Origin: a virus
Taxonomy: Duplodnaviria > Caudoviricetes
IMG/VR virus record: IMGVR_UViG_3300005805_000163
Location: 1 to 42,117 of that record
Length of the DNA: 42,117 bases
Strand: one strand, 5' to 3'
The notes under the pieces are model-generated. The model made no database searches. It was not told the origin of the DNA and was given only the letters and a program-made list of their open reading frames with translations. Below, piece after piece: positions 17,439 to 26,854 of the stretch. Made by a program: the position numbers and the translations under genes. Each line of letters begins with the position of its first letter. Position 1 is the stretch's first letter.

Positions 17439-17567
17439 TTACTCCTTTGGTACACAAGTACAATTTCTACCCTGATTGCAATCACCTGTACAACTACTAG
17501 GTGGTAACCTACGAGAAATTGATAACACTACGGCAATCAATAAAATTAATAAAAGAATAGTAATCAT
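17439..17567 (-). CDS. small membrane-anchored Cys-rich peptide (42 aa)
   Basis: Not in track; ATGA-coupled to folE; MITILLLILLIAVVLSISRRLPPSSCTGDCNQGRNCTCVPKE. Confidence 0.7.
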   Translation of the reverse strand: MITILLLILLIAVVLSISRRLPPSSCTGDCNQGRNCTCVPKE

Positions 17568-18244
17568 TTGCATCCTGCCCTTGCTATTTGATAAAATTCA
17601 TTCCTCACTTCTGGATCTGTTTTAAACCCACCGCCTAGTCTTGTCGTTACCGTGCTAGAACCTGTATCTTCTACACCACGACTTTTTACGCAATAATGCT
17701 GTGCGTCAATCATGACTGCAACATCTTCTGTGTCCAAAATAAATTGTAATGTATGAAAAATTTGTTCAGTAAGACGTTCTTGAATTTGTGGACGCTTACT
17801 GAAATATTCTACGATACGATTAATTTTAGATAATCCCAACACTTTGTTCTTAGGCACATATGCAACAGTAGCGGTACCATCAATGATAACAAAGTGATGC
17901 TCGCAATTACTCTGAACATTGACATTCCTTTCAACGACCATTTCATTATATTTCATTTTATTGTCAACTGTTGTACATTTAGGGAACGCATCGTAGTCTA
18001 GTCCCCAAAAGATTTCATTGACATACATCTTAGCAACACGTTTAGGTGTTTCGATAAGACTATCATCAGTTAAGTCTAGTCCTAAGGCCCTCATGATTTC
18101 AGCAAAGTTACCTTCGATGATATCAATCTGTTCCTTACGGTCTAGATTACGTTTTTTGATTGGGGTTTCAACACCCATCTTGACAAGATGTTCATGAACT
18201 TTTTGACCCAATTCTGGATCGGTTTTTGTTTTGTTATACGACAT
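17564..18244 (-). CDS. folE: GTP cyclohydrolase I
   Basis: ETPKRVAKMY, SNCEHHF, GLSKINR, RPQIQERLT, HYCVKSRGV. Confidence 0.97.
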   Translation of the reverse strand: MSYNKTKTDPELGQKVHEHLVKMGVETPIKKRNLDRKEQIDIIEGNFAEIMRALGLDLTDDSLIETPKRVAKMYVNEIFWGLDYDAFPKCTTVDNKMKYNEMVVERNVNVQSNCEHHFVIIDGTATVAYVPKNKVLGLSKINRIVEYFSKRPQIQERLTEQIFHTLQFILDTEDVAVMIDAQHYCVKSRGVEDTGSSTVTTRLGGGFKTDPEVRNEFYQIARAGCK

Positions 18245-18306
18245 ATTTGAATCCTTCCTTACACGGATATTAAATTTGAATTGTTGTCACCGTTGTGTGA
18301 CACAAG

Positions 18307-18314
18307 TATTTATA
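18307..18314 (-). promoter_or_regulatory. T4 late promoter consensus upstream of folE
   Basis: Exact TATAAATA in the intergenic region. Confidence 0.7.
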
Positions 18315-18331
18315 CAAATAAACAGTAATAG

Positions 18332-19135
18332 TTAATTTATATAGCCCTTTTGTTTTAAAAATGGAATAACAACGTAATCCACAAATGCTTTATGCTGTAA
18401 TGTATGCGGGTGTTTAAAATGTCCGAATTCTACCACATCATCCCATGTTTTAGGATCTTGGAATTCTGCACACCAATCATACTCACTTTTTACCGGTAAC
18501 CAATTACCAAAATCGATTTGATCATATAGATACTTTATATCAGGATGATTCATTATCTCAGGTTTATCAGGAAAAGTCGGATAATAGTACTGTGTCATGA
18601 AATACCTAATGTTCTTTTGTTTTAAAAACCATTGAACCCTAAGTATATGTTCTAAGGTTTGCATGAATGCACCAATATCATCATATATGTGCTTATAATA
18701 TATTTTTGAAAGGTCGTCATCCCAATAAGGCATCACTTTGTAGAAGTTCGGCTCTCCACCTACAGTAGCCGGATTCATAGTATTTTGATCTTCATTCCAA
18801 GACCTATGAATCAAATAATAATCGTGTCGAGGCTCGCTTAAATAAATCTCTTGTCTATACGCACCACTCCACATAATACCTACTAAAATTTCTTCGGGTT
18901 TATACGTTTCAAGTGCTTTGATTACTTCGTAAATCGTAGTCCTACTTATAATGCCGTTACCAGAAGCTCCTTTTCCTCGATACTTTGGTAAACAATTTAG
19001 GTGATTAACTAAATGTACAGGCCAAGATAAGGCGTACTTTGTATAGTCATCAATATTAACTTGCGTTGACTCTTGTATTTCAGGTACAGGAACTTCAGTA
19101 AAACTACATCCTGTGGTTATCAAATACTTTATCAT
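18332..19135 (-). CDS. SGNH-hydrolase-like hypothetical protein (GCSF family)
   Basis: GCSFT, SWP, G..N..I, MWS..R, terminal HP..H; paralog of 23069. Confidence 0.5.
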   Translation of the reverse strand: MIKYLITTGCSFTEVPVPEIQESTQVNIDDYTKYALSWPVHLVNHLNCLPKYRGKGASGNGIISRTTIYEVIKALETYKPEEILVGIMWSGAYRQEIYLSEPRHDYYLIHRSWNEDQNTMNPATVGGEPNFYKVMPYWDDDLSKIYYKHIYDDIGAFMQTLEHILRVQWFLKQKNIRYFMTQYYYPTFPDKPEIMNHPDIKYLYDQIDFGNWLPVKSEYDWCAEFQDPKTWDDVVEFGHFKHPHTLQHKAFVDYVVIPFLKQKGYIN

Positions 19136-20211
19136 TTCAAAAACACATCATTGATTTGACGGTTAACTTTTATAAACGTAGTACACTTACTTAATTGTTT
19201 TAATGTAGGAGCCCCTACATATGTACAGGTGCTACGCAGTCCTCCCAGCAAATCTAAGATAGTATCTTTTACAGGACCTTTAAAAGGTACTCGTACAGTT
19301 CTACCTTCGCTACTGCGATATTCTGCGACTCCGCCGTGATGTTTGTTCATAGCGGTGTCACTACTCATACCATAAAATTCTACAAATTTCTTTTCTTCTA
19401 ACTTTGGTCTGTTACACAATATATCATAACTACTAATAGGATGATCCTCTGTTATGATTTTACCACCACCCTCTATATGTCCCGCAAGCATACCACCCAG
19501 CATAACAAAATCGGCACCAGCACCAAAGGCTTTAGCAACGTCGCCAGGACAAGTGCAACCACCATCAGCGATAATATGTCCGCCAAGGCCATGAGCAGCA
19601 TCGCTACATTCGATGATGGCAGACAATTGCGGATAACCCACACCAGTCTGCAACCTTGTAGTGCATACGCTGCCAGGACCAATGCCCACTTTAACGATAT
19701 CAGCTCCACGTAGTATTAACTCCTGTGTCATATCGGCTGTAACAACATTTCCTGCTATGATTGTATGATTAGGATAAAGTCTACGCACTTCTGCTACGAA
19801 ATCGCCAAAGTGTTCACTATAACCATTTGCTATATCAATGCAAATAAAATGTATTGCAGGGTAATCGTCCAAGATGGCACATAATTTGTTTAAGTCTTTT
19901 TCACTAGTACCTGTACTTACTGCAAAATAATTACCGCCTATATCTTGCAATGTAGTTTCAAAATATTCGGTACCGATATTCTTTACTAGACAGGTAAACA
20001 TACGATGTTTGTACAACTCATTTGCCATTTGCAATGTGCCGACCCCATCCATATTACTAGCCATGATGGGAATTCCTGTCCATTCCCATTTACTATGCTT
20101 AAACTTATATGTGCGTTTTAAGTCAACTTCCTTTCGACTAGCTAGGGTACTTCTTTTTGGTCTAATCAATACATCTTTGAAGTCTAACTTAACATCTTCT
20201 TCGATACGCAT
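19132..20211 (-). CDS. guaC: GMP reductase
   Basis: [53 protein letters not shown]. Confidence 0.96.
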   Translation of the reverse strand: MRIEEDVKLDFKDVLIRPKRSTLASRKEVDLKRTYKFKHSKWEWTGIPIMASNMDGVGTLQMANELYKHRMFTCLVKNIGTEYFETTLQDIGGNYFAVSTGTSEKDLNKLCAILDDYPAIHFICIDIANGYSEHFGDFVAEVRRLYPNHTIIAGNVVTADMTQELILRGADIVKVGIGPGSVCTTRLQTGVGYPQLSAIIECSDAAHGLGGHIIADGGCTCPGDVAKAFGAGADFVMLGGMLAGHIEGGGKIITEDHPISSYDILCNRPKLEEKKFVEFYGMSSDTAMNKHHGGVAEYRSSEGRTVRVPFKGPVKDTILDLLGGLRSTCTYVGAPTLKQLSKCTTFIKVNRQINDVFLK

Positions 20212-20403
20212 TTATTTTGCCTTTGCTTCCTTACGTTCGTTCTTAGTAGCAGTAATTTCGTTCCTACGTGCTTTGACAGCTTTGGCTAATTCACCTAGTG
20301 CTTTTCTAGCACGTGTACCTGCAGCATTGTTGCCCTTTTCAAACTTATCGTGTTCAGCTTGATATGCTGCTAGTTGATTCAAAATTTCATTGTGTGCGCT
20401 CAT
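20212..20403 (-). CDS. histone H1-like Hc1 family small DNA-binding protein
   Basis: KFEKGNNAAGTRARKAL signature; AAGGAG SD. Confidence 0.75.
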   Translation of the reverse strand: MSAHNEILNQLAAYQAEHDKFEKGNNAAGTRARKALGELAKAVKARRNEITATKNERKEAKAK

Positions 20404-20412
20404 TTTATCTCC

Positions 20413-21588
20413 TTAATATTTGGCTTCACGTGTGTGTTTGCGATAGTCTTTAGACATACGTAAGTATTGTTCTCCCTTACCTTCAAGAATATCACAAATT
20501 CTATCAATCGTGCCATTATTGTAAGAACTTATCTTACCAATATTAGCATGAGGTTTCTTCAATAAATGTTCTAGCTTGGTCAGTGCATCTTCTATAGACC
20601 AAGGCACATACATTCTTTCATGATCATTCGCAAAAGTTTCAGGGAATGACCTATATGCAGGATACAAAACGTTACATCCTAATGCGTCCCCTTCGCTTAC
20701 TGTGTTACTTACCCAATCTTGTAATGCACAATTGAATACTACCTTACTGTTGCTAAGTATTTCATAATATTCATTTTTTTCTAAATCTTCGTAAATCACC
20801 AACTTGCCTTCATCTTGAAATTTACGAGTTCTAACCATATAACTATCATTGTTACTTCGTAGTTTTCCGCCGCTACAAACGCAAAATACTACATCGTTGT
20901 TAGGATGACGCTTATACCAAGCATCAATTAAATCCATATAAAAGTCTGGTTGTTTTTCTTGATCCCATCGTGCAGAAAACACTACACGATTTCGCCTGTT
21001 ATGAAATGGTGCAATTTTGTCTACTCGGTTGATAACTTCGCTTTTGCCAAATGCTAGCCCACTAATATTGTATATAGGAGCAGTCCATCCAGCAATACGC
21101 ATATGAGCAACCATTTCTTCGTTCGTGGCGAGAATTCCATCCACGAACTCATTAACCAATTTTTCGTAGTGTCCCATCCATGTCGCCATACCCCATACAT
21201 GCACAAAATCATCAGGATCAATGGACTGAGCAAGACAGCGAACAAAGACGCGGGGACGTAGATTACTAGGGACTTGATTAAGTATGTAAGGTAAACTTTC
21301 GATACCGGGTTGAAACATGTCCTCAAAGTATATAACATCTTCACTTGTAACTTCTCCTTGCTGCATTAATTTTACTAAATTCATCATTTGGCTCATACTA
21401 AAATAGCTGCGCCCATGTGCATCTAACACTTGACCTACTACAATTTTTTGTTGATTGTCAAGTGTTGATCCCTGTACATATGTTACATCATACTTTCTCT
21501 TTTCAAAAACAGCTTTATTCCATTCTGTTAATTGCAGTGTGTATCTCGCTTTGTAGGATTCTAATCCCATGTAATATAATTTACGCAT
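20413..21588 (-). CDS. GT-B fold glycosyltransferase
   Basis: VVFSARWDQEKQPDF, QDWVSNTVSE, YP.YRSFPE nucleotide-sugar binding half. Confidence 0.75.
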   Translation of the reverse strand: MRKLYYMGLESYKARYTLQLTEWNKAVFEKRKYDVTYVQGSTLDNQQKIVVGQVLDAHGRSYFSMSQMMNLVKLMQQGEVTSEDVIYFEDMFQPGIESLPYILNQVPSNLRPRVFVRCLAQSIDPDDFVHVWGMATWMGHYEKLVNEFVDGILATNEEMVAHMRIAGWTAPIYNISGLAFGKSEVINRVDKIAPFHNRRNRVVFSARWDQEKQPDFYMDLIDAWYKRHPNNDVVFCVCSGGKLRSNNDSYMVRTRKFQDEGKLVIYEDLEKNEYYEILSNSKVVFNCALQDWVSNTVSEGDALGCNVLYPAYRSFPETFANDHERMYVPWSIEDALTKLEHLLKKPHANIGKISSYNNGTIDRICDILEGKGEQYLRMSKDYRKHTREAKY

Positions 21589-22351
21589 TTCGCCTTTCTA
21601 TATCCTCTTCTATACATTGTTCCCCATGTTGAACTTCAAGTATATGACAATATTCATCATAGTTATTTTGGCATTGATGCCAAACCCCTTGCCCAATATC
21701 ATAGGTTTCGTTTGTGTGTTTACTAATTGTTATTTTACTACCTTTGTAATCAGTTGCAATATCACATTTACCCTTAAGTATATACCAATGTTCGCTACGC
21801 ATAAAATGACGTTGCATACTTAAACTTTTACCCGGTTCGATAACTAATTCTTTAACTTTGTACCCGGGCTTATCATCCAATACTCTATACCATCCCCATG
21901 GTCTTTTGTATTTTGGATTTTTCCATTCTTCTAATATCCAACTTGAACTATTCTTTTTGTTGCTACCACCTACACCAAATTTGAATGTTAGATTTTTATC
22001 CATAACACTCATTTCGGGAATGTTAGCCGCTGTTCTATCGCCACCGTTAGCAAAAATTATTTCTGCGTCAGGATACATTTGCCGTACATTTTTTATTGCT
22101 TCTATACTTGAACCATCATCGTCATTATACAATATACAATGATCCACCATATATAAGTTTTCGACAATACTTTGTCGCTCATGAAATGGCATAAAAGGTT
22201 GGCCCTTTTTACGGGCCAACCATGCATCAGAATTAAGTCCTACAACTAATATATCACCTAATTCTTTTGCTGCTTTGAAATACTCAATGTGACCGGAGTG
22301 AATCGGATCGAATCCTCCGGTCACAAGTACAATTTTACTCGGTCTTTGCAT
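21581..22351 (-). CDS. cytidylyltransferase fused to a mannose-6-phosphate isomerase type II cupin
   Basis: TGGFDPIHSGH, FANGGDR; RPWGWY, LSMQRH..RSEHW, EVQHG..C.EEDIER. Confidence 0.85.
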   Translation of the reverse strand: MQRPSKIVLVTGGFDPIHSGHIEYFKAAKELGDILVVGLNSDAWLARKKGQPFMPFHERQSIVENLYMVDHCILYNDDDGSSIEAIKNVRQMYPDAEIIFANGGDRTAANIPEMSVMDKNLTFKFGVGGSNKKNSSSWILEEWKNPKYKRPWGWYRVLDDKPGYKVKELVIEPGKSLSMQRHFMRSEHWYILKGKCDIATDYKGSKITISKHTNETYDIGQGVWHQCQNNYDEYCHILEVQHGEQCIEEDIERRNA

Positions 22352-22544
22352 CTAGTTCCCACATATCTTTTACAGGTTTCCCTGATAGATATTTAGTAAA
22401 CTGACGATATGCGAAACTTTTATTGCTGTAAATGTCTGATTCATCGAATTTATAACCGAACTTTTTACAGAATTCAAGATACTTTTCCAAGTCCTCAAAA
22501 ATTTGTTTAACACGAGGATTGGGTTTAATATCAGGTTTTGCCAT
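22335..22544 (-). CDS. hypothetical phage protein
   Basis: 69 aa ORF with AAGGAG SD. Confidence 0.75.
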   Translation of the reverse strand: MAKPDIKPNPRVKQIFEDLEKYLEFCKKFGYKFDESDIYSNKSFAYRQFTKYLSGKPVKDMWELDAKTE

Positions 22545-22555
22545 TAATTTCTCCT

Positions 22556-23023
22556 TTAAACGGCGAGTTGTTGATAAGGTTGATGTGTTTTATAAGAAAT
22601 TGTGGCACCGTTCTCACCATCTTCACTGACGGTAATCTCAATGTCACGCCCTGGATAACGACTAGCGATTTGTTCATAAAGGTCATCACTAATCATTTCG
22701 CAGCTTTTATAATCTAGCGACAATACACCTTGTGCGCCAGAATACAATTGTTCAAGCCACCGCTTGAATTGAATGAACTCCACATCTCTGTCGTTATGCC
22801 AAACTTGTATAGCAACAGTAAAGTGAAAAATATGCCTATGAGGGAAACCCAAAAACGAAACGTCATACATATCTCCTGTTTTAAGTGACGGATCTTCTGC
22901 CGCCGCTGGGTATTTATGAATACCTTCTTTGCGAAAGGTTACCCAAATCATTCTAGTTGCTTTATCACGAATGCGTTCACGTTTCATTTTAAGTTCAGTT
23001 TCACGTTGTTGGTTCATAATCAT
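22556..23023 (-). CDS. dpdL: QueD-paralog T-fold protein, DpdL-like
   Basis: EGIH.YP, LGFPHRHIF (LxxxHRHxF), SCEM, VSEDGENG; deazaguanine gene context; motif assignment is from memory of the family. Confidence 0.65.
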   Translation of the reverse strand: MIMNQQRETELKMKRERIRDKATRMIWVTFRKEGIHKYPAAAEDPSLKTGDMYDVSFLGFPHRHIFHFTVAIQVWHNDRDVEFIQFKRWLEQLYSGAQGVLSLDYKSCEMISDDLYEQIASRYPGRDIEITVSEDGENGATISYKTHQPYQQLAV

Positions 23024-23037
23024 TCCTCAGTATTAAT

Positions 23038-23066
23038 AGTATACATAATTACGTATGTGATTGCAA
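23038..23066 (-). promoter_or_regulatory. sigma70-type promoter
   Basis: TTGCAA-17-TATACT upstream of GAGG SD of the dpdL-like gene. Confidence 0.7.
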
Positions 23067-23068
23067 CT

Positions 23069-23905
23069 TTATAGGAAAAATCCATCATCTTCTAAGTGCG
23101 GTAGCATGACTTCATTTAACCATATGCGATGCCCCAATCCATTTAAATGATTATCTGACGCACCCTTGAAACATTCAGGATTATTTTGAAAATAGCTATA
23201 CATAGATTGTTCAGAAATAAACGTACTGTGGTCTAGCTGTTTATACAAATATTTAATAATTTGGTGATCCTTGTGTGTTTCAAAATCTTCGAACACATAT
23301 GGAATAGTCACTTGTTGATAAAGCTTAATATTTTTAGCTTTGCAGTAAGTCTGCAAGAAAATAATGTTTTCTAAACTAAGATGAACAGCAGCTAAAGAAT
23401 TTGCATGTAATGACATCATGAAATAATCACGCATCATTTGAATATCGTCTGCAACATGACAACTTGTTATTAGCCAACCGCCCTTTTTATTATAAGGAAC
23501 TCTATTATTAATAGAACTTTGCGTAACGATTACTGCTTCATCCTCTAATTCATTATTTAAATTAGCCAATTGATACTGCCAACCTTGTTTAGATTTAGCC
23601 CAATTGTCTGTGAGGGTTTTTATGAAATCAGGATTGTCTACATAAAAACTTTTTCTGTCATTAGAAGTCCACATAACAAATACACATAGTTCTTCGGGTT
23701 TGTACCCTTCATCCAATGCTTGCTCTACTGCATGAATTGCCTTTTTCTGTATTAATTCTTGTCCTTGACTTCCCATGCCACGATGATCAAACTTAACCGA
23801 ATCGTTAAGTTTCTTAATATAAGTTTCTAATTGTAATGGCCAAACCCAAGGGGTATTGGCTTCACTGAAACTACATCCTGAGGTGATTATTTTTTTATAT
23901 TTCAT
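23069..23905 (-). CDS. SGNH-hydrolase-like hypothetical protein (GCSF family)
   Basis: SGCSFS, WP, MWT..R, terminal H...GH; paralog of 18332. Confidence 0.5.
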   Translation of the reverse strand: MKYKKIITSGCSFSEANTPWVWPLQLETYIKKLNDSVKFDHRGMGSQGQELIQKKAIHAVEQALDEGYKPEELCVFVMWTSNDRKSFYVDNPDFIKTLTDNWAKSKQGWQYQLANLNNELEDEAVIVTQSSINNRVPYNKKGGWLITSCHVADDIQMMRDYFMMSLHANSLAAVHLSLENIIFLQTYCKAKNIKLYQQVTIPYVFEDFETHKDHQIIKYLYKQLDHSTFISEQSMYSYFQNNPECFKGASDNHLNGLGHRIWLNEVMLPHLEDDGFFL

Positions 23906-24108
23906 CTATCATCCTCAAATTTTACGTATTGGTCATAGTCATATTGTTTTCTACGTAATTCTCTAAGTTCAGAAAGGTACCGTGTTTTAGTTTCTGTTAA
24001 TGTTTTTAATTTGTCTTGATCTGTGTTTGGGCGTTGTTGCAATGTGTCAATTTCATTTTCAACTGACTTGTACAAATTTTCCAATGTCCTAATTCGTTGC
24101 TCGTACAT
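23902..24108 (-). CDS. small coiled-coil hypothetical protein
   Basis: 68 aa ORF, AGGAG SD. Confidence 0.7.
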   Translation of the reverse strand: MYEQRIRTLENLYKSVENEIDTLQQRPNTDQDKLKTLTETKTRYLSELRELRRKQYDYDQYVKFEDDR

Positions 24109-24109
24109 A

Positions 24110-25663
24110 TTATTCTCCTAATACATCTGCCATAGCATCGTCACTATCAATGATTTCTTCATCGACTTCTGGTTCACCTTGAACCTCAAACATTTGATCA
24201 AACATCGTCATAGCATTGACTAATTTTTTGCCACTGATACCTTGACTGCCACTTTGCATTTGAGTCCATAGACTTGAGTGAGATTTTATCAATGCCTTAC
24301 TACTATCTCTGTCTTTAAGACTGAAAATTTCATCAATGATATCTCCAAAATGATAGTTATCAAAACGATTCATAATCATTTTAGGCATGATACCTTTCTC
24401 GTATTTACGATTAGCCTCTTGTACAGCAACAATGTGTTGATATACATTATGACTTTGTAGTAAGGTATAACTAAGTGTATCCCAGCTAGTCTTTGTTTCC
24501 TTACCATGTTGTCCAATAAATCCATGACCACGGTAACATAAATCTTTCATAACCATTTTATCAGTTACTGGGCTATTAGTAAAAACACTATGTATATTGT
24601 CTTGTAGCACAGCTAATTGAAACGGTCTGTTGTCTGTTGCATAGTTTTTATTTTCAGCAGTTTTTTCCATCTGATAAGACCATTTCTTACCATGTTCAAA
24701 ACTGTTATTGAAGTATGCCAGACCTTTAGCCGCACTAAAGAATGGACTAGCACAGTCAAATGTAATTTGCAACTTTGGATTATGATATTTGCGTATAGCT
24801 TTTTGTATATCAGTAAACAACAGTGCATATTCTAAGATACTAACACCAAGACAGTGTACTAAATCATGTTTGCCTTCTTGTAGTAAGCCATCATGTATGA
24901 TATCTACAAAACGATTTAGCATTAACTCTACATCGATTTTGTTCTGACCACCGAATGCCCAGCCGTTGAAATGATTGTCGGGATAGATATTGGGATCACA
25001 GTATTTTTTCATCTCTGCATACCAATCATCACTTTGTTTGTGATTACGTCCTTGCAATACATTTAAAAACTTGCACTTGCCACTGCGATTCTTGATAAAG
25101 TAATCATTATTAATATGTGTAGCTGCAATGGCTTCTTCAATTGTACTGATACCGTGTGCTGATTTACCCGTCTTAGGGTCTTTGATATGAAACGTAGTAA
25201 GTGATTGACTTGGAATATCTAGACACATACCATAATCCATGTATGTATCCATCCATGTCAATACTTCTTTACGCTTTTTCATAGCACGTGGGCAATTAAT
25301 ATCTTTCCAATCAGCGGGCCATTGACATTTAAGAATCTGAAAGCCACCACTATCACCTAACATAAACGTGCCAGCTTCACGCTCACGTATAATGCTTTCA
25401 TTTGGATCGTTCTTTGTTACATCTAAGTTGGCATGTCCTGCACTATACAGACCCCACTTGTATGTGTAAAGACCTTGCTTGCTGTTTAGAAAGTTAAGAC
25501 ATTCAACATCACCGTTAAAGCCGGCAGGAATCCGAGACTTTTCAAAGTACTCCTCTCCTTTACGTTGTTTGCCTAATCCACTAATATAAAAACTAGACAC
25601 TGCTGGTAAAAACAGTGCCCAATCAGGATTATGTTTTTGTGAAAGATTATCTTGTTCTATCAT
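24110..25663 (-). CDS. dpdA: TGT-family 7-deazaguanine DNA transglycosylase (DpdA-like)
   Basis: GDSGGFQ, LDIP, NVLQG, GWAFGG, HCLG, TFDCAS TGT-fold motifs; located between replication genes and the folE/queD/queE cluster. Confidence 0.8.
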   Translation of the reverse strand: MIEQDNLSQKHNPDWALFLPAVSSFYISGLGKQRKGEEYFEKSRIPAGFNGDVECLNFLNSKQGLYTYKWGLYSAGHANLDVTKNDPNESIIREREAGTFMLGDSGGFQILKCQWPADWKDINCPRAMKKRKEVLTWMDTYMDYGMCLDIPSQSLTTFHIKDPKTGKSAHGISTIEEAIAATHINNDYFIKNRSGKCKFLNVLQGRNHKQSDDWYAEMKKYCDPNIYPDNHFNGWAFGGQNKIDVELMLNRFVDIIHDGLLQEGKHDLVHCLGVSILEYALLFTDIQKAIRKYHNPKLQITFDCASPFFSAAKGLAYFNNSFEHGKKWSYQMEKTAENKNYATDNRPFQLAVLQDNIHSVFTNSPVTDKMVMKDLCYRGHGFIGQHGKETKTSWDTLSYTLLQSHNVYQHIVAVQEANRKYEKGIMPKMIMNRFDNYHFGDIIDEIFSLKDRDSSKALIKSHSSLWTQMQSGSQGISGKKLVNAMTMFDQMFEVQGEPEVDEEIIDSDDAMADVLGE

Positions 25664-26046
25664 GGACTTGATTGCACTTCAGTGTCACAAACCTTACAAT
25701 TTTGTAGTAAAGTTCTTACCATTGTAATTTTACTATCAATATTATTGCGCTGATTCAGTAAATCTTTAATTGTAGGATTCTTTTCTGATTCACGTTTGAT
25801 ATATTCTTCTTCAGCACGTTTGGCTCTAGCCCATTCAATCAGTTCCCTCAACTCACTATTAATATCAATTGAGACTGAATTGCCTGATATAGTCATCCAA
25901 GACATTCCATCGTATACTTCAAACGTTTGATTATTTCCATTATATCTAACCATACCAGCACTAGGTCTATTCATATCAATGTGTGGATATTGTGAATTAC
26001 CGCCACTGACATTAATACTGCCATTGCTAAAAATGTTCTTAATCAT
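25660..26046 (-). CDS. hypothetical phage protein
   Basis: 128 aa, GMVRYN...FEVYDG..W; ATGA-coupled on both sides. Confidence 0.75.
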   Translation of the reverse strand: MIKNIFSNGSINVSGGNSQYPHIDMNRPSAGMVRYNGNNQTFEVYDGMSWMTISGNSVSIDINSELRELIEWARAKRAEEEYIKRESEKNPTIKDLLNQRNNIDSKITMVRTLLQNCKVCDTEVQSSP

Positions 26047-26774
26047 TTCGATTGTGCGGGCAATAAATACTTGTAAGTTGCAAATGGACTATCAACAGTG
26101 ATTTCAGTTGCACCTTGATCAGAAATCTTTACCTTCTTGTCGCCGGGCAGATCCATAATAGACTGAAATACCTTAACGGGCCATTTCCAAGGTTGAGCAA
26201 GTTTTCCACTTACACCTGCATGAAATACAAAATTACCACTGTGTGTACTTGGGTCACCAAAGTTAATCTTAAGATCACTACCAACAGTAGTCATTGTGAA
26301 ATGTTGTTCTTCACTGTTAGCACTTGCTTGCTTCTTAAGACGAAGGATACCAGCAACGCTAGGCTCGAATTCTACGTTCCAGTTAGCACCCTTAAACATT
26401 AATGTGCGAACCTTTTCTTCAACAATGCTTTTAGTCATTAGTCGATAATCATTTACGAAATCGCCACTCTTTGTTTCAAAGTGAATGGTAGTGGGAACAT
26501 CCTCGTTATCACGCTTGGTACGTGTAACATTAATTTTAGCATGTTCATCATACTCATCAAAGCCAACGATTGTCTTGAGTTTGCCTAAGTTAGGCATGCC
26601 GAATACACCGATAAAGTCAGCGATCGGAGTCTTGAACGTCCCACTCACAACAACCGATTTGTTTTCGGCAACTGCATTGATTTGTGTTTCTTTGTCTGTA
26701 CCCGTAATTTTAACGAGGTCGATTTCACCCAGTCCATGAGTGTGTTGAATAAGGTCTAGTAAATAATCTTTCAT
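26043..26774 (-). CDS. probable sliding clamp (gp45-like)
   Basis: 243 aa, clamp-like alternating beta/alpha pattern, directly downstream of DNA polymerase. Confidence 0.65.
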   Translation of the reverse strand: MKDYLLDLIQHTHGLGEIDLVKITGTDKETQINAVAENKSVVVSGTFKTPIADFIGVFGMPNLGKLKTIVGFDEYDEHAKINVTRTKRDNEDVPTTIHFETKSGDFVNDYRLMTKSIVEEKVRTLMFKGANWNVEFEPSVAGILRLKKQASANSEEQHFTMTTVGSDLKINFGDPSTHSGNFVFHAGVSGKLAQPWKWPVKVFQSIMDLPGDKKVKISDQGATEITVDSPFATYKYLLPAQSK

Positions 26775-26795
26775 GTTGTTCCTTTATGTGTTAGA

Positions 26796-26846
26796 TATTT
26801 AGGCTGTATCACAGTGTAATATAGTGGAATATTTTGCAATTGTCAA
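26796..26846 (-). promoter_or_regulatory. tandem sigma70-type and late-type promoters
   Basis: TTGACA-17-TATATT (26846-26818) followed by CTAAATA (26802-26796). Confidence 0.65.
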
Positions 26847-26854
26847 CTTGCAAT

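Noticed and set aside
18291-18301. GUCACACAACG in the folE leader recalls a segment of a THF-I riboswitch
   Set aside because: Only a short match; the leader is too short and lacks the rest of the THF aptamer
24110-25663. Calling the TGT-like gene a tRNA-guanine transglycosylase
   Set aside because: It lacks the C-terminal CxCxxC zinc site of bacterial Tgt, is highly divergent and sits next to replication genes, favouring DpdA
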